From assembly GCA_023228995.1 (NCBI GenBank), contig JALOAD010000010.1, positions 11,688 through 75,687 on the forward strand: 64,000 nt of DNA. Reading direction: 5' to 3'. Shown here piece by piece: positions 28,925 to 38,268 of the stretch. Source of the DNA: Candidatus Muiribacterium halophilum. GTDB lineage: Bacteria > Muiribacteriota > Muiribacteriia > Muiribacteriales > Muiribacteriaceae. Each line of letters opens with the position of its first letter. Position 1 is the stretch's first letter. A program made the translations under genes and the position numbers. The notes under the pieces are model-generated. The model saw only the letters and a list, made by a program, of their open reading frames with translations. It searched no databases and was not told where the DNA came from.

Positions 28925-29152
28925 ATGTATAACATCGGTGAAATCTCAGGAGCTATATGGAAATATCTTTCTGAAAATGGAAAAGTACAGTATAAGAAGA
29001 TGAGAGATGATGTAATGTCTTCATTTGATACTTTGCCAATGAAAGATAATAAATTTTCAATGGCTATTGGTTGGCTTGCAAAAGAAGGAAAGCTTAATTT
29101 TATCGAAGAAGGCGAAGGTAGAAGATACAGACTTTTTATTGAGTTGAGGTAA
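28925..29152 (+). CDS. Small winged-helix domain protein (DUF2582-like)
   Basis: AGGAGG RBS before ATG 28925; GEISGAIWKYLSENGKV...AIGWLAKEGKL pattern. Confidence 0.4.
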   Translation: MYNIGEISGAIWKYLSENGKVQYKKMRDDVMSSFDTLPMKDNKFSMAIGWLAKEGKLNFIEEGEGRRYRLFIELR

Positions 29153-29153
29153 A

Positions 29154-29915
29154 ATGAATTTTTTATTAGTTAACGATGATGGTATTAAAAGTAAGGGAAT
29201 TGAATCGCTTGCATGGGAATTATCAAAAAGAGGGAAAGTTTTTATTTTTTCTCCAGAAACGGAAAAAAGTGCAAGCGGTAGTGCTATGACTATCAATAAT
29301 AGTATAATTATAAAAGAAAGTCATAATTTTCCTGTTAAAGTAGAAAAAGCATTTGTACTTGAGAATGGGTTTCCTGTTGATTGTGCAAAGACTGGAATTT
29401 TTGCTTTAAAAAATAAATTTAATATTACTATCGACCTAATTGTATCGGGGATTAATCGGGGAGAAAATACTGGTATAGATCTTAGATATTCTGGAACTGT
29501 AGGTGCTGCATTTGATGGTATTGAAAAAAAAATTCCATCAATAGCTGTTTCGCTTGCATCTTATGATTTTGAAAATCCTAGATTTTTGAATGCTGCTGCT
29601 TTCACAGGGGACTTTATTGATAAAAACTATAATAAAATAAAGCACGGAAAATGGAAAGATTATTTGTTTAACATTAATTATCCAGATTGTGATAATGTCA
29701 CAGAATATGAATTTACAAAACCAGCTGATTTTTATTATGAGGAATATTATGAAATCGAGGAATATTCCGAACATTTTAGGATGATGCTTAGAGGTAAAAG
29801 AATCTTTGATAGAGATTTTAACAAAGGAACTGATCTTTATGCTATTGAAAATGGAAAAGTCAGTATTTCTTTGATTAGACCGGAATATAAATATGACATA
29901 CCTGAAAAATTTTAA
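29154..29915 (+). CDS. surE: 5'/3'-nucleotidase SurE
   Basis: LLVNDDGIKSKGIESLA N-terminal DDG motif; GINRGEN; about 250 aa. Confidence 0.88.
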   Translation: MNFLLVNDDGIKSKGIESLAWELSKRGKVFIFSPETEKSASGSAMTINNSIIIKESHNFPVKVEKAFVLENGFPVDCAKTGIFALKNKFNITIDLIVSGINRGENTGIDLRYSGTVGAAFDGIEKKIPSIAVSLASYDFENPRFLNAAAFTGDFIDKNYNKIKHGKWKDYLFNINYPDCDNVTEYEFTKPADFYYEEYYEIEEYSEHFRMMLRGKRIFDRDFNKGTDLYAIENGKVSISLIRPEYKYDIPEKF

Positions 29916-30249
29916 AGGTTTTACTATAACTGAAATACTTTTAGTGATAGCTATAATATCAATTTTAGTGTTTTTTGCTATGATTGAATATAGTGGAAGT
30001 AAGTCACAGTTTGAAAAGAAAAAAGTTGAATCAGATCTTGCAAATATAAAAAAAGCAATGTCAATGTATGCAATTCAAAATGAAGGTGTTTTACCGACTG
30101 ATTTTGTTACATTAAAAAATTCCGGTATAATCGAAAAAATCCCTGTAGACCCATGGGGTAAAAGATATCAGATTACAATAAAAAGCAATATAATTTATGT
30201 TGGTTCATATACTAATGGAACTGTCGAAGTTAATGTAGGAGCAAGATGA
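29893..30249 (+). CDS. GspG-like pseudopilin / type IV pilin-fold protein
   Basis: Prepilin leader MTYLKNFKG/FTITEILLVIAIISIL; DPWGKRYQ motif typical of the T2SS major pseudopilin. Confidence 0.75.
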   Translation: MTYLKNFKGFTITEILLVIAIISILVFFAMIEYSGSKSQFEKKKVESDLANIKKAMSMYAIQNEGVLPTDFVTLKNSGIIEKIPVDPWGKRYQITIKSNIIYVGSYTNGTVEVNVGAR

Positions 30250-30689
30250 AAAATAAAGGTTTTACATTTATTGAATTAATGGTATCAATGGCAATAATAG
30301 CTGTTATTGTTTCTTTTGCTTTGCCATATTATACAGATTATGTAGATGAAGCTAAAACTAAAAAAACCTATATGAATCTTGATGCTTTTAAAAAGACTTT
30401 GGATTTATATAAAATTGATGCTAATAATACTAGAAAACTTGAAAATAAGATGAGATATGATAATTGGCAAAATTATCCATATTCAAATAAAGATTTTAAT
30501 TTAATAGATGTTGTTGAGTATAATTATGCAAGAGATCTTTCTAGATTTGTAAATGGTTGGGGTGAACCGTTTTCTATTATAAAAAGATATTCAGGTCCTA
30601 AATATTATTCTATGTATGTAATTACTAATATTTATACAAACAATATTAAAATGACAAGAGAGGTGTTTATTGGTGTACAGGACAGATAA
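30246..30689 (+). CDS. Prepilin-type N-terminal cleavage/methylation domain protein
   Basis: MKNKG/FTFIELMVSMAIIAV. Confidence 0.75.
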   Translation: MKNKGFTFIELMVSMAIIAVIVSFALPYYTDYVDEAKTKKTYMNLDAFKKTLDLYKIDANNTRKLENKMRYDNWQNYPYSNKDFNLIDVVEYNYARDLSRFVNGWGEPFSIIKRYSGPKYYSMYVITNIYTNNIKMTREVFIGVQDR

Positions 30690-31032
30690 AGGTTTTACTC
30701 TTGTTGAAGTTCTTACTGTTTTACTTGTTGTTTCTATTTTAATAGCAGTTATGCTTCCATTTTTTGGTAATATTTCTGATAAAGTTAGAGCTTATAAAAT
30801 GAAAATACAAATGGAAGATTTAAAAAAACAAGTTATTAAATACAATATGAAATACAATGAATTTCCAGATTCTCTTTCACAACTTCAGGGTGAATTTATT
30901 ATTAAAGTACCTTTAAATCCTAGTGGGAAATTATTTTTTATTGAAAAAGATATTAACGGAGATTTTTTTATAAAAAGCGAATCCAATAATCCAGAATTTA
31001 CATTTAAATTATTTATAGCTTCTGAAAATTAG
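30670..31032 (+). CDS. Prepilin-type N-terminal cleavage/methylation domain protein
   Basis: MVYRTDKG/FTLVEVLTVLLVVSIL. Confidence 0.75.
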   Translation: MVYRTDKGFTLVEVLTVLLVVSILIAVMLPFFGNISDKVRAYKMKIQMEDLKKQVIKYNMKYNEFPDSLSQLQGEFIIKVPLNPSGKLFFIEKDINGDFFIKSESNNPEFTFKLFIASEN

Positions 31033-31099
31033 TTTTTTAAATCTATATTGCTTTTAGCAAGATTTTGCCTAGTCATGTTATGATTTCGCCAAGATATAT

Positions 31100-31420
31100 G
31101 CTTTGGGATATTATGACTTCAGCATAGATTGCTGACAAGTCAGCATTTTTGAGCTTCGCTCAAGTCTTAAACCTAGTTTTACTTGTAAAACTATATAGTG
31201 AGCAAAGCAAACCAGGCTGTTGAAAAACTAAAAAAATCAAAGATTGATACAAAATAGGGTCTGTGCCGAACTCTAAATTTAGCTTACATAGATCGGCCTG
31301 ACCATGCTGTTTATTTTTAAAGTTAATTTTGAAAAAAGAAAACTGCATTTTTCAACAGCCTCGAACTATGATGTCAGACTGATATTATCAGTTTCTGACA
31401 TCATAGTGCATTTATGCACT
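31100..31420. other. Intergenic island with raised GC and many hairpins (candidate structured ncRNA or MITE-like element)
   Basis: About 400 nt between convergent genes; 13-bp perfect inverted repeat GGCTGTTGAAAAA (31214-31226) / TTTTTCAACAGCC (31350-31362); 14-bp stem ACTATGATGTCAGA/TCTGACATCATAGT (31365-31406); smaller hairpins at 31131-31144, 31149-31163, 31176-31193. Confidence 0.3.
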
Positions 31421-31436
31421 TATAAACTATTTTTAT

Positions 31437-32087
31437 TTATTCTTTAATTTCAAATTCTTCTACGATATTTTTACCACTTTCATATATATTTTCAAGAAAT
31501 TCTTCAATTAGAGGATTAGCTTTGAATAAAATTTTTTTCTCAAATAAATCAAGTCTGCTATAATAATCTTCTTCAGGTTCAGACCAAAATTCATAATATA
31601 ATTTTAAACTCTCATAAAAATCTCTATTAAAAAAATGATAAAGATTACTTTGAGTAAAATCACTATTTTCTTGTAATATTATTTTAGCATCTTCAAGTGA
31701 ACTAGCATTCCTTGTTAATAAAAGGCATGTAGCAATCCCAATTTCGCCTTCAATAAGAGGAAGACTATTTGAAAAATATTCTTTAGCCACAGATATATTT
31801 TTTTTTCTAAGATTAATTATACCAAATGCAAGATTTAACATTTTTTCATAAGTAGTATCAAGTTCTAAGGTTTTAAAAATATTTGTAATTTCTTCAGCCT
31901 TTTCATATTTATCATCTTTTAAAAAGGAAAAAATTAAGTCAAGATTAGTTTCAATATAGTTTTTATCAATATAAACAGAAGAAACATCAGGTTTTTCATT
32001 TAATACATCACTTTTGTAAAAACAACCATGAAGCATTGAAAATAACATAATACAAATTATTAATATATCTCTTTTAATATTCCTCAT
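31437..32087 (-). CDS. Putative lipoprotein/secreted hypothetical protein
   Basis: Internal Met followed by ILIICIMLFSMLHGC signal/lipobox-like segment; the open frame extends to 32249 but would then overlap the divergent gene's start. Confidence 0.5.
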   Translation of the reverse strand: MRNIKRDILIICIMLFSMLHGCFYKSDVLNEKPDVSSVYIDKNYIETNLDLIFSFLKDDKYEKAEEITNIFKTLELDTTYEKMLNLAFGIINLRKKNISVAKEYFSNSLPLIEGEIGIATCLLLTRNASSLEDAKIILQENSDFTQSNLYHFFNRDFYESLKLYYEFWSEPEEDYYSRLDLFEKKILFKANPLIEEFLENIYESGKNIVEEFEIKE

Positions 32088-32126
32088 ACTATATTTTTCG
32101 GAATATGTATTTAATTTGTTTAAGTT

Positions 32127-32657
32127 TTGTGGTATTATGAACCTATGTTTCAGTTTATAAAATACCTTATACATAGAAAGACCATGGTCAGAGCTTTTGA
32201 TATGCTCGATGAGCACAGGTTCAAAAAAGCTTATGATATTTTTATACATCTTATTGAAAATAAAAAAATGGATAATTTTTTTATTAATCTTAATATTGGT
32301 AGAGCTTTAACTGGTATGAAAAAATATGAAGAAGCAAGGAAATATTTTTTAAAATCTTATAATCAGTTTTCTCTTAATCCAGTTCCATTAAATGGAATAG
32401 CTCTTACTTATATAAAACAAAAAAAATATGCTCATGCTTATAAATATATAAAAAAAGCAATTAATATCGATAAAATTCATCCTATATCAAATTATTATAT
32501 GGGAATTGTTCTTATCGGACTTGGTCATGCTGAAAGATCTCAGATTTATTTTGAAAAAGTGCTATCTGAAAAAAAAGATTTTCTCTATGCAAGAATGGCT
32601 TTATTTATTGAAAAAAACCTTAATCTTGAGACAGGAACGGATTTAGGTGAGTTCTAA
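32127..32657 (+). CDS. TPR-repeat protein
   Basis: TPR-like Y/A/L helical repeats (ARKYFLKSY, AYKYIKKAINID). Confidence 0.6.
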   Translation: MWYYEPMFQFIKYLIHRKTMVRAFDMLDEHRFKKAYDIFIHLIENKKMDNFFINLNIGRALTGMKKYEEARKYFLKSYNQFSLNPVPLNGIALTYIKQKKYAHAYKYIKKAINIDKIHPISNYYMGIVLIGLGHAERSQIYFEKVLSEKKDFLYARMALFIEKNLNLETGTDLGEF

Positions 32658-35600
32658 AGATAGTAGAGAAAATCTTATATTAGCCCAAAAGCTGATAGAA
32701 GTTGGTGATGAAAAAAAAGCTCTTTTTTTTATTGAGAAAGTAATATCAGAAAATAATAGTTTTTTAAATCGGTTTTTTTCAAACTCACTGCTTTGTAATG
32801 CTGTTTTTCTAAAGCTTAAAATTCTAAATGATTTTAATGATAAAGAAAAATTAAAAAGTCTTTTTTCTTTTTTTTCTGAGCTTACTATTGAAAATTCCGA
32901 AGCTTTACTTATATATAAAAAAATAGCTATTTCAGATGATTTTTTTAGCGAAAAACATGCTTATAATTATCTTTTAAAATACCCTAATGATAGGGAAATG
33001 ATAAGTTTTTTTGTAAATAAGATAATTAACCTTTCTTTATTTAAAAAAAAATATATAAATATTTTTAAAAGATATTGTCTACAGAGAAAAAAAGATTATA
33101 AAGTTCTTGAATTTACTATTGATAAAATATTTGAATTCAAAGAATTTGATTTGAAATTTATTACTATAATGCTTAATTATTTTTATTATTTTGATAATAA
33201 AAATATTGAATTTGAAAAGAATATATTTAGATTTGTTGATGTTTTTATAAAAAAATACAGATTTTTTCACAGAAAAGTATTTTATCCAGTTTTTAAGTTT
33301 TATTATGAAAAACAAAATGATAAAGAAATTCTTCCTTATATTTTTAAAATTATCAAAAAAAATATGATTCATGATGATTTTGCACAGAATATATGTGAGA
33401 GTATGCTTGATTCTAATAAAAAAGATACAGAGCTTATAAGTGTTTTATCTGGAATATATCGAGCTAAAAACAGAGTTGATAAGGAAGCTTTGAGTATATA
33501 TTCAAGACTTTATGATATTGAACCTAAAAATTTTCAAAACACAAAGTATCTTGCAAAAGTTCTAAGAGATAATAATGATATTTCTTCTCAAAACATCGAT
33601 ATTTTTTTAAAAGCTCAGGTTTTATTTGAAGAAAAAGAAAAAGCTTCTGAAGAATATAAAAATCTTATAGAATTTCTTGGAAATTATCTTTCAAGAGAAA
33701 AAAATTATAATAAGAAGTATAGAACTTTAGTTGAAGATATTCTTAGAATATGTCAAAAAAACGAAGTTTTTTTATATTCAGTTAGTTTTTTTAAATATAA
33801 TAAAGAGTATGATAAAGCTTTTTTCCTTCTTAAATTACTTGACCATGAAAAGCTTGATGAATTAAGAAAACTCGAGTTTTATGAATTATATGCTGAAATA
33901 TTTTTTTCAGTTAGTTATACAAAGAATTTTTTAGATTATAATTGGAAAAAAGTTTTTAATTTTTTAAAAATACTCAAAAAATCGTCAAAACATAAAGCTT
34001 CATTTTTAATTTCACAATATTATATATTAAGGAAAAATAAAAACCGTCTTCCAATATGTTTTTTTACTCCTGGAGAATGTGAAATATGGTCAGAAAAATG
34101 TCTTTTTATGAATAAATTATCTTTTTTAAAAAAAAGTCTTTTACCTAGAGAGTTAAATGTTATAAAAGAATATTGTAAATTATCAGACCATCCTTCTGCT
34201 GAATTGTTTAGGAAGATTTTTATTGAGGATAATCTTTATATACCAATTGATTATAATATTCCACTTAGTGTTTGTGCAAATATACAAAAACTTATATCAA
34301 AAGACAAATTTGAAGAAATATTTTCTTTGTTTCGCAATAATGAATTTCTAATTGATTATAAAGGATTTGTATTTTGGGCAGGAATAACTTTTTTTAATTT
34401 AAAAAAATATAATGATTCTATTATTTTTTTTACAAAAGTTATTGATGAAAATCCTTCTAATTTCTATGCTTATTATTATAGAGGAATGTCTTTTTATAAA
34501 AAAGGAAGTTTAAGAGTTTGTGTATTGGATTTTGAAAAAGTAATTGAACTTAAAATTTATAATGAAAGAATTATAGAAGAAATTTTGCAGATTTATATTA
34601 AACATAAATATATAAAAGAAGCTAATAAAGTTTGTGATATTCTATATTCAAATGAAATTTCCAAAGATAAATCCCAATATTATAGAGCTGAAATTTTATT
34701 TATCAAAAAAAAATATCAAGAAAGTAAAAAACTTATAGAAGAGCTTGCAGAAACAGATTTTTCTCAGGAAAAAATTAGACTTCTTGAAATAAAAATATTA
34801 TATGAATTAAAAGAATTTGAAAGTGCTCTTCATAAAAGCAATAGATTTGTTGAAAAGTTTTCTGATAATAAAGAAATTTATTTTCAACGGGCACTTATTA
34901 ATATTGAATTAAAAAATTATAGATTAGTAAAAAAAGATCTTGAAAAATTTGACGATGATATTCCTGAAAAATATTATTATATAATGGCTAATGCAAGTTT
35001 TAACTCAGGTGATATTGATGAATCTTTTCATTATATAAAAAAATATCGAGAAAAAGCTTTTTTTGAAATTAAATCAAATCTCCTTTTATCTAAAATTTAT
35101 TTAAAGAAAAACTTAGGCAGTGAAGCTTTAAAGATTTTAAAATTTACATGGTTTTTTTCAAAAAACAGAAATGTTCTTAAAGAACTTGCTGTTACAAACA
35201 AAATTTTAGGTAATGATAAAATATCTTTTGAATATTCCAAAAAATATATAGATGAAAAAGGTTTTGATAGTGAATTGCTTGAAATTGTTTTAAAAAATCT
35301 TCTTAATATAAATAGTTTACATTCAATTTATGATCTTGTTGAAAAATATAAAGATGAGGAAGAAATATACATAAATGATAATTTAAAAGATATTTTTAAA
35401 AAATGTTGTTTTATAACAGGAAGATTTGATGTTTTAATAGATAAATACAATGAAAAAGAAGAAATTTACTTGAAAAATAAAAATGCTGGTAAATTTTATT
35501 TCATTAACAGGAGTTCTCATGATAAATATAATATTTTTATAACAAAAGGAAATATTAAAATTTTTGAAATAAAAGATTTCTTCTTTTCAGCCGAATTTTT

Positions 35601-37506
35601 TGATGATGATATTGATTATATTTTTTATTGCAATGCTCCAAAAGATATTATAGGAAGATTAAGATATTTTTCAGAAAAAGTATATTCAATTGATTTATTA
35701 TTTCTTATATTTGACCCTGAATTTAATTCAGATAAAAGATTTTATGAAATTTCAGAAGTTTTTTTTAAAACAGTTGAAAATGTAAGAAAAATGACTCCAT
35801 TTCAAAAAAACTTAGTTTTTCTTACTGGAATATTTGATGATATTCTATTAAATTTTCTTGAAATTTATCCTGTTAGAAAGGATTATGAAATAAAAAATGA
35901 AGAATTAAATATAGAAATAGATAAAAAATTGTATTTAGAAATAAATCCTGAAAGTTATAATAAAAGAAAAATATTATGTCGAATGAAACTTAAATTCTGG
36001 GAAGATAATCTTAAAATAATTTCCAATTCAACTAGAAAGGAATTTTATACTGTTTGTTTATGGGAAAATTTGAATTATACATATAATTCTGAAATAAAAA
36101 GATATAAGAAAAAATGTAATTTGAATTTTAACACTATACAATTTTTTTATGAAAATATAGATTGTAATTATTGTGATAAATGTCATTATAATTGTCAGCT
36201 TAATAAAATGACTGATTTTGTTAAAAATTCTTTTTATATTATAGATGCTTTAAAATTAAAAAATATCGATTTTAAGATTAATTCATTTAATGAAGATTTT
36301 AAAATGTTTTATACTTTTTTTAAAGATTTTTTTGATTTATCTGAATATATAGAATTAACAGATATATATGTTGATATTCTTTCCAAAAATGAAGTTTTTT
36401 ATAAATATGATAGAATTCTTTTTGTTTCATACAGGGAATGTATTGATAAAATTGAGGATTTTAGTAAAAACATAAAAAAATTAACAGATTATTTTAATAT
36501 ACACCGCGAAATAAAATTTTCTTTTAACAAAGATATTAGAAAATTATTAGATTTTTTAAAAATTATTATAAAAAACACTCGTGACAGTATAAAAGATATA
36601 ATAAATAGAATTGAAGATAATAATATTAGAGTTGTTTTAATTGAATTTATAATAAGACATATTGATAGATTCGAGGTTTTCATTGATAGATTACAAACAA
36701 CACCGTTCACAATTACCGAAAATATAGAAGATAATATTAAAATATATGCAAAGAAAAAACCAGATTATATCAATTTGCTTGAATTAAAAGAATTAGATAA
36801 AGATAAAATAACTTTATTTAATAAAATTAATTCGCTTGAAAGGATTATGTATTATGCAGAACCTTTGAATTATCCGCAAAATTCTTATAAACATGATTAT
36901 TTTATAAATAAAAGTGAAATTTTAAAATTTTTATATATTATAAAAAACAGTAAATATTATTTTACAAATATAGATATTAGATTAATTCTTAATGTTAATT
37001 TATATTTAAAAGAATTAAATAAAAAAAGTTCAATAATTGTTTGGAAATACTTTAAAAACTTTGAAAACATGTTTTATTCCGCAGGAATGTTTAATAAGGA
37101 AGAAGATTTTGCAAGTTTTTTTACAGATGATATTAATAAAATTGCAATAAATAAAAAGTATAATAATATATTTTTTATGGATAATAAGAATTTCATTAAA
37201 ATCCCTAGAGGTTTGAAATTTGAAAAGTTATTTATATATTCAAAAAAAGAAAAAAATAAAAATGATGAATTTGCATATCTTAAACTTGAAAAAAATGATT
37301 TTAATATAATTAAATCTGATAAGGAAAATTCCGAAAAGAAAGAAAACAGTGTAGAATTAAATAAAATCGATGATGCTATTATTACAAAATTTTATAATGA
37401 CTACCTAAATGGTAAGATTAATGATATAATTATCAAGAATAATTTAAATTTATGGGAAATAATAAAATTTACAGATATGAATTTTAATGTCTATATAAAA
37501 GAGTGA
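32647..37506 (+). CDS. Giant (1619 aa) Lys/Asn/Phe/Ile-rich helical-repeat (TPR-like) hypothetical protein
   Basis: Uninterrupted 4.86-kb ORF in an AT-rich genome; overlaps the upstream TPR gene by 11 nt; no enzymatic motifs recognised. Confidence 0.65.
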   Translation: MSSKDSRENLILAQKLIEVGDEKKALFFIEKVISENNSFLNRFFSNSLLCNAVFLKLKILNDFNDKEKLKSLFSFFSELTIENSEALLIYKKIAISDDFFSEKHAYNYLLKYPNDREMISFFVNKIINLSLFKKKYINIFKRYCLQRKKDYKVLEFTIDKIFEFKEFDLKFITIMLNYFYYFDNKNIEFEKNIFRFVDVFIKKYRFFHRKVFYPVFKFYYEKQNDKEILPYIFKIIKKNMIHDDFAQNICESMLDSNKKDTELISVLSGIYRAKNRVDKEALSIYSRLYDIEPKNFQNTKYLAKVLRDNNDISSQNIDIFLKAQVLFEEKEKASEEYKNLIEFLGNYLSREKNYNKKYRTLVEDILRICQKNEVFLYSVSFFKYNKEYDKAFFLLKLLDHEKLDELRKLEFYELYAEIFFSVSYTKNFLDYNWKKVFNFLKILKKSSKHKASFLISQYYILRKNKNRLPICFFTPGECEIWSEKCLFMNKLSFLKKSLLPRELNVIKEYCKLSDHPSAELFRKIFIEDNLYIPIDYNIPLSVCANIQKLISKDKFEEIFSLFRNNEFLIDYKGFVFWAGITFFNLKKYNDSIIFFTKVIDENPSNFYAYYYRGMSFYKKGSLRVCVLDFEKVIELKIYNERIIEEILQIYIKHKYIKEANKVCDILYSNEISKDKSQYYRAEILFIKKKYQESKKLIEELAETDFSQEKIRLLEIKILYELKEFESALHKSNRFVEKFSDNKEIYFQRALINIELKNYRLVKKDLEKFDDDIPEKYYYIMANASFNSGDIDESFHYIKKYREKAFFEIKSNLLLSKIYLKKNLGSEALKILKFTWFFSKNRNVLKELAVTNKILGNDKISFEYSKKYIDEKGFDSELLEIVLKNLLNINSLHSIYDLVEKYKDEEEIYINDNLKDIFKKCCFITGRFDVLIDKYNEKEEIYLKNKNAGKFYFINRSSHDKYNIFITKGNIKIFEIKDFFFSAEFFDDDIDYIFYCNAPKDIIGRLRYFSEKVYSIDLLFLIFDPEFNSDKRFYEISEVFFKTVENVRKMTPFQKNLVFLTGIFDDILLNFLEIYPVRKDYEIKNEELNIEIDKKLYLEINPESYNKRKILCRMKLKFWEDNLKIISNSTRKEFYTVCLWENLNYTYNSEIKRYKKKCNLNFNTIQFFYENIDCNYCDKCHYNCQLNKMTDFVKNSFYIIDALKLKNIDFKINSFNEDFKMFYTFFKDFFDLSEYIELTDIYVDILSKNEVFYKYDRILFVSYRECIDKIEDFSKNIKKLTDYFNIHREIKFSFNKDIRKLLDFLKIIIKNTRDSIKDIINRIEDNNIRVVLIEFIIRHIDRFEVFIDRLQTTPFTITENIEDNIKIYAKKKPDYINLLELKELDKDKITLFNKINSLERIMYYAEPLNYPQNSYKHDYFINKSEILKFLYIIKNSKYYFTNIDIRLILNVNLYLKELNKKSSIIVWKYFKNFENMFYSAGMFNKEEDFASFFTDDINKIAINKKYNNIFFMDNKNFIKIPRGLKFEKLFIYSKKEKNKNDEFAYLKLEKNDFNIIKSDKENSEKKENSVELNKIDDAIITKFYNDYLNGKINDIIIKNNLNLWEIIKFTDMNFNVYIKE

Positions 37507-37512
37507 GAAAAA

Positions 37513-38268
37513 ATGGAAGAAAATACGTTTTTAAATCTTATTAAGAGAAAGTCAAAAGATGATAAGCAGAAGATAATTGAAGAATATGCTTATTTAGTAA
37601 AGAGAGTAGCTGGAAGAATAGCTATTAATTTACCGTCAAGCGTAGAATTTGACGATCTTGTAAGCTATGGTTTATATGGACTTATGGATGCTGTGGACAA
37701 ATTCAATCCTGATTTAGGAGTTAAGTTTGAATATTATGCAAGAACCAGAATAAACGGTTCTATATATGATAATTTAAGAAAAATTGATTGGGCTCCAAGA
37801 AGTATAAGGTCTCAGTCAAAAGAGATTGTTAAAGTAATATCTGATCTTGAGCAGGAATTGGGAAGAAGTGTTAATGATATTGAAATTGCTGAAAAAATGG
37901 GAATTTCAATGGAAGAACTTGAAAAAATGTTTGTTCAGGGTAAAAAAGCACTTATGCTTTCTTTAGAAGATTTTTTTATGAATGATTCTGATGATATGGA
38001 TAAAGCTTCATTTTTAAAAGATAATGATGCTCAATCTCCAGAAGATAAAGCAGAAACAGATGCAATTAAAAAAATTCTTACAGATTCTATAAATAATTTG
38101 CAGTATAATGAAAAACTAGTAGTTACATTATATTATTATAATGAATTTACCCTTAAAGAAATCGCTTCAACACTTGATTTAACAGAGTCAAGAGTATGTC
38201 AAATACATTCAAGAGCTATTCAAAAGTTAAAAGGGAGTCTGACTAGATTTAAAAAGAATATTTTATGA
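37513..38268 (+). CDS. fliA: Sigma-28 family RNA polymerase sigma factor (FliA/WhiG-like)
   Basis: Sigma-70 regions 2 (FEYYARTRINGSIYDNLRK), 3 and 4 (TLKEIASTLDLTESRVCQIHSRAIQKLK). Confidence 0.8.
   Translation: MEENTFLNLIKRKSKDDKQKIIEEYAYLVKRVAGRIAINLPSSVEFDDLVSYGLYGLMDAVDKFNPDLGVKFEYYARTRINGSIYDNLRKIDWAPRSIRSQSKEIVKVISDLEQELGRSVNDIEIAEKMGISMEELEKMFVQGKKALMLSLEDFFMNDSDDMDKASFLKDNDAQSPEDKAETDAIKKILTDSINNLQYNEKLVVTLYYYNEFTLKEIASTLDLTESRVCQIHSRAIQKLKGSLTRFKKNIL

Noticed and set aside
31033-31436. tmRNA, RNase P RNA or tRNA in the GC-rich island
   Set aside because: No GGGG...CCACCA ends, no tRNA-like T-arm (GGTTCGAATCC), and no RNase P CR-I/CR-V signatures (AGGAAAGTCCGGGC, GGTGAAA...GGTAAGAGC) on either strand.
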